Part shown: piece by piece, positions 9,795 through 18,809 of the stretch
Layout of the letters: the number at the start of each line of letters is the position of its first letter
Numbering within the stretch: position 1 is the stretch's first letter
Source: a virus
Lineage: Duplodnaviria; Caudoviricetes
DNA: 64,000 nucleotides
Strand: one strand, 5' to 3'
Virus record (IMG/VR): IMGVR_UViG_3300031853_000003
Span: 1 to 64,000 of that record
Position numbers and translations under genes: made by a program
Notes under the pieces: generated by a model
Told to the model about the DNA's origin: nothing
What the model saw: the letters and a program-made list of their open reading frames with translations, nothing else
Databases searched by the model: none

Positions 9795-12700
9795 ATGGCT
9801 CAGAATGCAGACTATCAGAAGCTAAATTGGCAAGATTTGCCCTCTGAAGTAACGCCGCTTAGCGCAGCTAATCTGAACCGTATGGAAGACGGCATCGAAG
9901 CAGGCGCTAATTTCAGATTGCCTGGTAAACTCTTTGATTCGTCTGAAGATCTGGACGAATATCTTGAGATATCGTCAGATGGTAGCGCAGCCGGTCAAAC
10001 AGTTACTGTCAAGGAAGGCAACAAGTATAAACAGTACATATTGAATTATGACAGCGCCACAGGTACTTATCAGAAAAAGTCCTCTGGTGCTGGTGTTTAT
10101 GTCGGTGAAACTCTTCCGGACATCGCAACTGCAGACCCTGATCTCGATTATTACATTGGGACTGATGCTACTTCATACGTCCATTGGCGCGTAATCGGTA
10201 CAGCGTTCCAAACCGTCGGTGGAGATTCATACTCCAAAGATGATATGGACGATATGCTTGGACTGATTCGCTCATCAATCGGCGCAAGCAACGAAGAGAT
10301 ACAGTCTATCAAGAATCGTCTTACTGCTGTTGAAGCTCGCAAAGGTTTCTTCTACACATTCACCTACGGAACAGAAGAAATCGGCGGTGAAGAGAAGAAG
10401 AATGTCTTCTCCTTCTGGAGATTCAACAATGAAGCAGATATGGATGATCCTTCTAAGGGTACGCTTGTTAAGCGAGCGATCATTGAAGGTGGCGGAGGTA
10501 GCGGATCATCGTCTAACCTTAAGTTGACGAAAGTTACACCGTCCCCGCTCATCATTACACCTACTGATAAGACAGAGATCACTGTTAACTATCAGTCAGA
10601 AGACAGTTCAGGATCTCCTGTAGACGGTAAGTATACTATCAAACAAGTCGAACCTTATTCAAGAACAGTCATGACTGGTGATCTTGTACAAGGTGATAAC
10701 ACGTTTGATCTAACAGAGTTCAGCAGCGTAGGCACCAACAGATTCTCAATTCAGGTTGAAGATGATAACGGTGCAACCGGCTCTGTTTCCTACAATGTAC
10801 GAATTGTAGATGTCAGAATTGAGTCTGATTATGATGACAGCGGATATACAGCTATCGGTAGACGAGTTGATTTCGGCTATACTCCGTATGGTCTTATCAG
10901 CAAGACTGTCCATTTCTCACTTGACGGCGTTGAGGATACTATACAGCTTGAATCTGCTGGTACTCCTCAGATCTATCAGATTGATCCTCAGCCATATGGT
11001 CATCATATGCTTGAGGTCTGGATCACTGCAGAAGTCAGCGGTAAGCACATCGAGACCGCTCATATCTACAAGGATCTTGTATGGTATGAAGATGATCCAG
11101 AACAGCCACCTATCGTCAAGACGAGTTATCGGTATGACTACAGAGGAACTGTAGACGTCAATCAATATGATGTAGTACCGATTGATCTAAGTGTATTTGA
11201 TCCTCTCACAAAGACGCCTGAAGTTGTATTCAACGTAGACGGCGTTGAAGTCGATCGTAAGACACTATCTACTAGCTCGTCTATCTGGAGATACAAGGCC
11301 TCTACTACAGGTCTACACGAACTGTCAATCAGCTGCAGAGGTGTAACTGTTCCTATCAAGATAAACACCAATGCGCTTACAATTGACGTATCTCCTATAA
11401 TCACAGGACTTGAGGTAGACTTCAATCCAGAAGGTCTCACAAACGATTCAGATAACCGTCTGTGGACAAACGGAAACTACTCAATGTCAGTGTCCGAGAA
11501 TTTTGACTGGGCCAACGGTGGTTACAAAACTGATGAAGAAGGTAATGCTTACTTCTGCATCAAAGCCGGTACACGCGCATCATTTAACTACTACATGTTC
11601 CCAAGTAGTGCAGATGAAAGTCCTTCGGCAGTTGGCGCAGAGATGAAGCTTATCTTCCGTACTGAAAATGTACAGAATGCTGAGGCTACTTGGTTCACTA
11701 ACGTAGAGACTTCTCAGGTAGGTCAACGTACTATACAAAAAGGTATTCAGCTCAATGTTCACAACGGCTGGCTGAAGACCAATACCGCTAGCGACGAAGA
11801 TGTTATTGAAGGCGATGAAAGTATCGCAGCCACTAACACATATCTGTACCTCCCATATTCCGAAGAAGACAGAATTGAGCTTGACATCAACGTAGACGTT
11901 ATCGGCAACAGAGAGAAGGCATTCGTTCTTTCGTATGAGGACGGTGTCCCGCTGAAGTCGTTCGTCTTTGGTCAGTCAGACCAGTTCTATCAAGGAACTC
12001 CTAAGCCAATTGTTATAGGTTCAGATGATTGCGATGTCAGAATCTATCGCATGAAGTTATACTCTACTGCACTTTCATCAGAAAGCGTAATGAGGAACTT
12101 CATAGCAGATGCTCCTGATTCTTCTGAGATGGTCAACAGATACAATCGTAACAGTATCTATTACAACAGCGAGACCGGCAAGTATACTCCGTATCAGGTA
12201 GCCGGCGGCGGTAAGCTAGATCCTATCAAACTTGCAGAGAAGTGCAAAGACCTCAGAGTACTTATGCTTGAGTGTCCGACATTTACTACTAGTAAGAAGG
12301 ACTTCATCAAGAACAGTAATCTTCGCTGTATCTACAAGAACGGTGATCCTTATTGGGACAACTGGTACTTCGAGAACGGTTATCATGCTGGTCAGGGTAC
12401 CACTTCTGATAAGTACGGTGTAGCTGGACGAAATGTTGACTTCCTGTTTAACGTAGATGGTGTACATCATCCGTCAGATAAGATCACAACTGTAGATCCG
12501 AACTACATCTCAGCTGTAACATTTGGATACGGTACAGACGCGGCGCACAAATATACAACTGTTGATGCAAATGACATCAATGATCCAGCTCGTGTGACCC
12601 TGACACGTACCAGTATTCCAAACAACTTCTTTAACTTCAAGGTAAACATTGCGTCATCTGAGAATGCTAACAACGCACTTCTCCAGAAACGCTACAATGA

Positions 12701-15700
12701 TTTCCTCCCGTATATCTCTCCTGCAAAGATCAGAGATTCTCGTATCAAGAACGATATGGAGTTTGTTCCTGCTGTTCTATTCATTCGTGAGATGAGCACA
12801 TCTGATGCACATAGTGAGTTCTCAGATACTGAGTGGCACTTCTACGCAATCGGTAACTTAGGTGACTCTAAGAAGACCGACTACACACGTGCTTATGATC
12901 CGTCCGACATGAATGAGTTCACCATCGAGATTTCTGATAACACGATGAACAACTCGACATTCCAGACAGGCGTATACCTGGATGGTCAAGGTAACAGAGT
13001 AGTTGAGTCTATCTCAGATACAGCTATTCACGAGTACGTGTATCCAATCACAGCGAATGAGTGGAACCCGAACAACAAACGCTATTATACATTATATAAT
13101 GAGAAGTTTGATGGCGACCATTCATTTGAACCTCGTTACGCTTGTTGCGGTGACTACCGAGACGGTAAGATAGTCAATGATACTCACGGACCTGGTGAGG
13201 ACGCAGCACAGCTGTTGAAGAACGAAGGTGTCTGGAGAGCTTTCTATCGTTGGGTTATCACTTCGACGGACGAAGAGTTCATCAATCAATATGAAGAGTG
13301 GTGCGTCAAGTCAGCAATGACTTTCTTCTACGCATATACACATCATCATACATTGATGGATAACCGTGCAAAGAATACATTCTGGCACTTCGCTAAGACT
13401 GGTGTATTCCGCGCGATGTCTAAGCCAGTAGCTGAGCTACTTCACGTCTACTGTGAGCTTGTGAACGGCGAATATGTTCCGACGACTGATACAACTATCA
13501 ACCCGAATAAGACGTATTACAGTCAATACGCGATCGACATTTGGGTATATGATACAGATACAGGTCTTGGCATTAACAACAATGGTGAGCTTGTATTCCC
13601 GTTCGGTAAAGAGGATACAGACTACGTCGTTGATGGTATGCCTAATTCCGGCTACGTATTCAACGGTGCATTATCAACATTCTGGTGCAGAACTCGTGAT
13701 AATCTGTATGATGACATCGATGCTACTTACCAGAACGTGGATAAGCGTTGTTGGCAAGATGACAGCCTTATCAATGAGTTTGATCTCTGGCAGGCTACCT
13801 ATCCTGAGGAGCTGTGGAGACTCGATATCGTCAGAAAGTATATTCGTTCTTTCAACGGTACTGCTGTCGACAACAGTATCCCGAAGAAAGACGAGCTGTT
13901 CCTGAGAGATATGATGCAAGGCCGCAAGAAGTATCAGCGTAGGGAGTGGATCCGTAATCAGCACATCTACTTCGGCACAAAGCACATCTCAACCGAGATC
14001 AAAGATGCTGACAACATGATTTACTTCCGTGTTGTAACTCCTGTAGGTACGCTTGCAGTTGAGCCGAATTACGACATTGCTGTTGTACCTTACAGCGATA
14101 TGTATATCTCCGTTCAGTATGGTACTAGTGACCCGTCACCTGAGGAGAGACTTCGTGCTAAGGCAAATACTTATCATGTAGTTGAGGAACCTGAGCAGAA
14201 ATGGCTGTCCCTTTACTACGAACTCGTAAGTGGGGAGTACGTCAAGACAACTGACGTAGCTGTAAATCCTGCTAAGACATACTATTCGATGGCATACGTT
14301 GTCAAGTCGAGAGTATCTTTTGCAACTGAGACGCAGATATCTATCTACGGTGCAACAAAGATTCGTGAGTTGAGTGACTTGTCCGCTTGTTATATCCGTT
14401 CCAACTCCTTTGAGGCTGCTGTCAAGCTGAAGAAGCTGGTGCTCGGTAATACAACACCTGGATACACAAATCCCCAGCTTACAGGTCTTAGCATCGGCAG
14501 CAATAAGATGCTTGAGGAACTTGATATTCGTAACTGTACTGCACTCCAAGGTGTGTTGAACCTTTCAAGTTACGTAGGTCTCAAGAAGTTGTATGCAGAA
14601 GGCACTAAGATTTCAGGTGTCGTCTTCGCTGAGAACGGTAAGGTAGATCTAGCACATCTGCCTGATAACTACTTGATGTCATTGGTCATGAAGAATCTTA
14701 ACAGTCTGGATTCTGAAGGATTTGACTGTTCCTTAGATACTCTTACAGACTTGACACTTCAAGGCGGATTGCTCGATGCAAAGTCAATCGTATCTGACAC
14801 GAAAGACACATTGACTACATTGAAGCTGTATCATATCAACTGGACACTTGCAAATCAAGATTTACTTGATGATATCTACGCTCTCGCGTCTAGTGAGGTT
14901 ACAGGATATGTTTACTTGCCTGAGATTCGCAGACGTGATCTAGCGAAGTTCAATCGCAAGTGGCCAAGTTTGACAATCGACGCAACGTCAATCTATGAGG
15001 AGTATCCTGTATACTTCCTCAACTACGATGGTACACCTGTTAGAGATACAACCGGTGACCCATATGTTGAGTGGGTAGAGATCGGTCAGTATGCTCATGA
15101 CCCGATTGTAGGTGGTCAAGTACTTACTCCTACCAAACCTCAAACAGCTAAGCACACTTACACTTATGACCACTGGTCAGTATATGCTGGCGGTGTTGTA
15201 TCTAGTGAGGTATATCAGTTCAACGAGGTTATTCTTGGACCTGTTACTCTCATGGCAGTGTATACAGAAGCACTTAGGACGTTCAAGGTCAGGTGCTGGA
15301 CATCTGATGTCAACATTGCTACAATGCAACAAGGCATCTGGAATTCTAGTTTGAACCCTGTAAGGACACAGCTTGGTCAGGATATAGATGTTGAATATGG
15401 TTCATATGTCGATCTGACAGCACTCATGTCCACCTTCCAGACTCGCAAGTGTGTACCTCATCTAACAGGTAACACTCCCTACTATGAAGCATACAACTTC
15501 ATTGACTGGGATAAGTCCGCAGGTTACGTCACGGAGGACATGGACATCTTCGCCATCTGGAGATATGCTAAGGTCTTCCAGAACGTAGATGGTACGCTTA
15601 GAATCCGTACGGAAGATAACCTGAGAGCTAAGTACTTACACGAGCTGACTTCTGCTGAGCTGCAAGTAGTTGCTGCTATTCGTGATAACAACGGTAGCTG

Positions 15701-17468
15701 TAAGTTCGCAGAGATGTTTGACAACAGAGATTATGTTGCATGGACAATGGGCTATGACCCGAATTTCAGCAATGTAGAATCTGATACAATCGTATCGCTC
15801 GAGGACGGCCCGGTATTCTTCGAAGGATTATCTGCTTTCATGCCGACGGATGAGAACGATGACCCATACGTCTTGTTTGCTGCAGACAGCCCATCATTCA
15901 CAATGGCCATCGATTATCGCTATACTGCTAACGCGAATGGATCGCTGCCTGCTGGGTCTGATACTCAGAGGACCTTGTTCTCTTGTTTCGAGAGACCTGA
16001 CGACGGAAATTACGGTTTCAGAGTTCGCTATCTGAATAGCAAGATGTCTCTCATGTGGGGCGATAAGAACCAGAATATCGCCAATCAGACTAACAGAGAT
16101 ATGCTTGTCATTCGACATCAGCAGGGTAGCAATAAGCTCTACATCTACACATTCATCGGAGATACAAGCCAGGCGAACGGATACACTGATGCAGGACAGG
16201 TCATTGAGCTTACTCGTAACAATGATCAGTATCCTGCTACCAATGCTCCGCTTGTATTCGGTGGTATTGCAGAATATGATTCGTCTACTGGTAAGTATAA
16301 GGTAACTACTGATTCTACCTACTTCGGTTCTGGTGCAATTCATTGGTGTAAAGTTTGGTACGATGATCTTGGCGAATCCGTTGCGAAGAAGATCGCCGGT
16401 TGGACACGCGATGAGATGCGCATGGAGAACTACGAGTTGCAGCTGGATACAGCTAATACTCTAATCGGTGCTCCGTATAAGCTCGATAGAACTGTTCATA
16501 CCAGTGCACCTGCAAACTCGTTTGCGTCTGCGTCATTTGTGTCAAATGCTCAGCTGAGATATACACACAGGATGAACTCAGATAACGTCAACACAGGCGG
16601 CTGGGGCGGTAACCCTGCAACAGGTAAGTATGAATACTCAATGCACTATTTCATGAACCACAGATGGGTTCCCGGTGTGCCTAATGAGTATGCTTGCTTG
16701 TTCGCAACAGTGCTTGTCAAGTCAACGTCAGGCGGCGGTGGATCTACCATTGCAGCATATTCCAGCGTAGGCTATATTCCTTGTAGAAAGGAAGAAGACG
16801 GTACTAACGATAGCGGTTATACTTCCGAGATGGATTCATATGTTGGTAAGATTCCTTGGAACAACTCTAACAACGCAACAAGACTCAAGTTCAGAGATGT
16901 ATTCCTCAATCCGCCACACTTTGATCCTCTACCTACAGAGCCAAGTGCTTGGTCTACAAATTGGGCTAAGTATTACGTCTGGGATGAAGCAACTTCATCT
17001 TATAAGACATTACAGAATGCTGGATATAGTAGTGCTCCTGAGTTTGTTGCAAATACATTCTTCGAGTTCAGCGGTTCAATTACACTTACAGGTGTAGCTG
17101 TTCATACAGGCGCAAGCGAGCCGATCTTCGGTCAGAGTAAAGGCCTATATGATTATGATACTAACCCGACAGGTGTACGAGAATTCGATATCTGGCAGAA
17201 TGGTAATAATCAAGGATTTATCTTCGTCACTGCCGAAACAGCCAAAGAACGTGGCTTAACACTAAGTACAGAGGTATCACAAGGTACCACAGTAATTGGT
17301 GGTTGGGTTGGCGCCGACTATTATTGGCTTCGTTCGCCGTATGTGGGCGGCACCAACAATTTCTGGTATGTCAACCACGGCGGCGCCGTCAACAACAACA
17401 ACGCTGGCAACTGGAACGGGGTGTGCCCTTGCGTATCTCTTTATGCGGAGCTCCAGGATGAGTCGTAA
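9795..17468 (+). CDS. Giant tail fibre/adhesin-like protein, DGR target (Ig-like, LamG-like, CotH-kinase-like, LRR, C-terminal C-type-lectin-fold variable domain)
   Basis: 2557 aa; DNRAKN and YDTDTGLG; LRRs such as LEELDIRNC and LKKLYAEGT; C-terminal YYWLRSP...GVCP containing the VR. Confidence 0.8.
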   Translation: MAQNADYQKLNWQDLPSEVTPLSAANLNRMEDGIEAGANFRLPGKLFDSSEDLDEYLEISSDGSAAGQTVTVKEGNKYKQYILNYDSATGTYQKKSSGAGVYVGETLPDIATADPDLDYYIGTDATSYVHWRVIGTAFQTVGGDSYSKDDMDDMLGLIRSSIGASNEEIQSIKNRLTAVEARKGFFYTFTYGTEEIGGEEKKNVFSFWRFNNEADMDDPSKGTLVKRAIIEGGGGSGSSSNLKLTKVTPSPLIITPTDKTEITVNYQSEDSSGSPVDGKYTIKQVEPYSRTVMTGDLVQGDNTFDLTEFSSVGTNRFSIQVEDDNGATGSVSYNVRIVDVRIESDYDDSGYTAIGRRVDFGYTPYGLISKTVHFSLDGVEDTIQLESAGTPQIYQIDPQPYGHHMLEVWITAEVSGKHIETAHIYKDLVWYEDDPEQPPIVKTSYRYDYRGTVDVNQYDVVPIDLSVFDPLTKTPEVVFNVDGVEVDRKTLSTSSSIWRYKASTTGLHELSISCRGVTVPIKINTNALTIDVSPIITGLEVDFNPEGLTNDSDNRLWTNGNYSMSVSENFDWANGGYKTDEEGNAYFCIKAGTRASFNYYMFPSSADESPSAVGAEMKLIFRTENVQNAEATWFTNVETSQVGQRTIQKGIQLNVHNGWLKTNTASDEDVIEGDESIAATNTYLYLPYSEEDRIELDINVDVIGNREKAFVLSYEDGVPLKSFVFGQSDQFYQGTPKPIVIGSDDCDVRIYRMKLYSTALSSESVMRNFIADAPDSSEMVNRYNRNSIYYNSETGKYTPYQVAGGGKLDPIKLAEKCKDLRVLMLECPTFTTSKKDFIKNSNLRCIYKNGDPYWDNWYFENGYHAGQGTTSDKYGVAGRNVDFLFNVDGVHHPSDKITTVDPNYISAVTFGYGTDAAHKYTTVDANDINDPARVTLTRTSIPNNFFNFKVNIASSENANNALLQKRYNDFLPYISPAKIRDSRIKNDMEFVPAVLFIREMSTSDAHSEFSDTEWHFYAIGNLGDSKKTDYTRAYDPSDMNEFTIEISDNTMNNSTFQTGVYLDGQGNRVVESISDTAIHEYVYPITANEWNPNNKRYYTLYNEKFDGDHSFEPRYACCGDYRDGKIVNDTHGPGEDAAQLLKNEGVWRAFYRWVITSTDEEFINQYEEWCVKSAMTFFYAYTHHHTLMDNRAKNTFWHFAKTGVFRAMSKPVAELLHVYCELVNGEYVPTTDTTINPNKTYYSQYAIDIWVYDTDTGLGINNNGELVFPFGKEDTDYVVDGMPNSGYVFNGALSTFWCRTRDNLYDDIDATYQNVDKRCWQDDSLINEFDLWQATYPEELWRLDIVRKYIRSFNGTAVDNSIPKKDELFLRDMMQGRKKYQRREWIRNQHIYFGTKHISTEIKDADNMIYFRVVTPVGTLAVEPNYDIAVVPYSDMYISVQYGTSDPSPEERLRAKANTYHVVEEPEQKWLSLYYELVSGEYVKTTDVAVNPAKTYYSMAYVVKSRVSFATETQISIYGATKIRELSDLSACYIRSNSFEAAVKLKKLVLGNTTPGYTNPQLTGLSIGSNKMLEELDIRNCTALQGVLNLSSYVGLKKLYAEGTKISGVVFAENGKVDLAHLPDNYLMSLVMKNLNSLDSEGFDCSLDTLTDLTLQGGLLDAKSIVSDTKDTLTTLKLYHINWTLANQDLLDDIYALASSEVTGYVYLPEIRRRDLAKFNRKWPSLTIDATSIYEEYPVYFLNYDGTPVRDTTGDPYVEWVEIGQYAHDPIVGGQVLTPTKPQTAKHTYTYDHWSVYAGGVVSSEVYQFNEVILGPVTLMAVYTEALRTFKVRCWTSDVNIATMQQGIWNSSLNPVRTQLGQDIDVEYGSYVDLTALMSTFQTRKCVPHLTGNTPYYEAYNFIDWDKSAGYVTEDMDIFAIWRYAKVFQNVDGTLRIRTEDNLRAKYLHELTSAELQVVAAIRDNNGSCKFAEMFDNRDYVAWTMGYDPNFSNVESDTIVSLEDGPVFFEGLSAFMPTDENDDPYVLFAADSPSFTMAIDYRYTANANGSLPAGSDTQRTLFSCFERPDDGNYGFRVRYLNSKMSLMWGDKNQNIANQTNRDMLVIRHQQGSNKLYIYTFIGDTSQANGYTDAGQVIELTRNNDQYPATNAPLVFGGIAEYDSSTGKYKVTTDSTYFGSGAIHWCKVWYDDLGESVAKKIAGWTRDEMRMENYELQLDTANTLIGAPYKLDRTVHTSAPANSFASASFVSNAQLRYTHRMNSDNVNTGGWGGNPATGKYEYSMHYFMNHRWVPGVPNEYACLFATVLVKSTSGGGGSTIAAYSSVGYIPCRKEEDGTNDSGYTSEMDSYVGKIPWNNSNNATRLKFRDVFLNPPHFDPLPTEPSAWSTNWAKYYVWDEATSSYKTLQNAGYSSAPEFVANTFFEFSGSITLTGVAVHTGASEPIFGQSKGLYDYDTNPTGVREFDIWQNGNNQGFIFVTAETAKERGLTLSTEVSQGTTVIGGWVGADYYWLRSPYVGGTNNFWYVNHGGAVNNNNAGNWNGVCPCVSLYAELQDES
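17312..17432 (+). repeat. DGR variable repeat (VR)
   Basis: Ungapped 121-nt match to 18379-18499 with 13 mismatches, all opposite TR adenines. Confidence 0.97.
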
Positions 17469-17473
17469 GACGA

Positions 17474-17517
17474 GTCCTGCTCGATCTGGTGGCAACTTGC
17501 TTGCCACGGAGCAGGAC
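17474..17517 (+). promoter_or_regulatory. DGR target-recognition hairpin downstream of VR/IMH
   Basis: GTCCTGCTC/GAGCAGGAC outer stem and GTGGCAA/TTGCCAC inner stem just after the target stop. Confidence 0.75.
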
Positions 17518-17548
17518 GAGTGGTTATCAATTTGGAGGTGTATGTTAG

Positions 17549-18352
17549 TTGTCTGTAATGGTCAAAGATCGTCATCTGGCCAAAAGTCAATTTGAAACTA
17601 CATTTGAGAAATTCTATCTTGATACCACTCGAATACTTCATGGAACATCGAAGCGCAGACAGTCTTCGATATGTGAGGACTTGACGTATCTGATCAACAC
17701 GATGTATGATCATATCATGATCATCAGTGAACACAGATTCGCCAAGTCCTCCCGGGCTCGGAAATTGCGTCATGATAACGTAATCGCAGCACTTCAGATG
17801 ATTCCTCAACTGGAGAAGTATACAATGGTGTATTCCAACGTCACCTGTAAACCATTTGCTAAACAGTGTAACTGGGTGTCGACACTCAACGTAGAGGTGA
17901 AGCTGTTGAACGGATTGTTAGATAATGAATCTGAGAAGATAGAATATATCGTAGGAGTCCTAGATTGGGAGAAGATGAAGTCCTTCAAGGTCCTATCAAA
18001 CATGTCCTATCTGCATAGATTCGTACACGGCAAAACAGTCAGAGCAAAGGGTACTCTCCAGAACGGAGCATCACCTCATCTGCAATCATTAGTAGATGAC
18101 GCATTCTATTCAATAATGCACGCAAACAAATATATCCCGCGGACAGCAGAGCAACGTGACGATAGACTCAAAGAGTTATCTCATGCCTTAGATTGTCTGC
18201 GGGAGATGGAACGACATACATTGTCGTTCTTCAACATAATGGGATACAGTGATGCGGTTCAGAAAGACTGGACTGACGCACTTGTCCTAGAACTTCGACT
18301 ATTAAGTGGATTGATTGAGTCGGATAAGACCCGATTCAAAAATCTTATATAA
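17549..18352 (+). CDS. avd: DGR accessory variability determinant, tandem two-domain form
   Basis: Between VR and TR; helical; two halves each ending W..[TA]L..E..LL.GL. Confidence 0.75.
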   Translation: MSVMVKDRHLAKSQFETTFEKFYLDTTRILHGTSKRRQSSICEDLTYLINTMYDHIMIISEHRFAKSSRARKLRHDNVIAALQMIPQLEKYTMVYSNVTCKPFAKQCNWVSTLNVEVKLLNGLLDNESEKIEYIVGVLDWEKMKSFKVLSNMSYLHRFVHGKTVRAKGTLQNGASPHLQSLVDDAFYSIMHANKYIPRTAEQRDDRLKELSHALDCLREMERHTLSFFNIMGYSDAVQKDWTDALVLELRLLSGLIESDKTRFKNLI

Positions 18353-18359
18353 TAGTATC

Positions 18360-18600
18360 AGGTTACAGGCTACACCATCGCCGACAATTATTGGCTTCGT
18401 TCGCCGAATGTGGGCAACACCAACAATTTCTGGAATGTCAACAACAACGGCAACGTCAACAACAACAACGCTAACAACTGGAACGGGGTGTGCCCTTGAT
18501 TTCCGTAATACAGTAGCTATGAATAAGAGTGAAGATGGTCTGCTTAGACGGACCTATTACGGAAAGGAGCCTATAACCTTCTACAGGAATTGTCTGTAGC
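18360..18600 (+). ncRNA. DGR template RNA scaffold (TR plus paired flanks)
   Basis: 18360-18371 pairs with 18568-18579; 18501-18510 pairs with 18555-18564. Confidence 0.6.
18379..18499 (+). repeat. DGR template repeat (TR)
   Basis: AAC/AAT-rich copy of the VR lying between avd and RT. Confidence 0.97.
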
Positions 18601-18809
18601 AAATTATACGTCTCGATGATGTAATCGAGGCCTGTTATGAAATGCAGATTCATATCTGCGAACAGTCCGTGCTTGACGGGTGGACGCTTCTTGCATGGAT
18701 GTGAAAGATCACATATTCACATTTTCATACCCAGTCAGCTACTAGTCCGCAACAAGTGATCAACAATTAGGGCTAGGCGGAGGAACATCTAACGAGCCAG
18801 GAGTCATAG

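Noticed and set aside
18315-18599. 94-aa ORF over the TR (and 17296-17595 over the VR)
   Set aside because: Off-frame translations of the repeats (PTIIGFVRRMW); the TR functions as RNA
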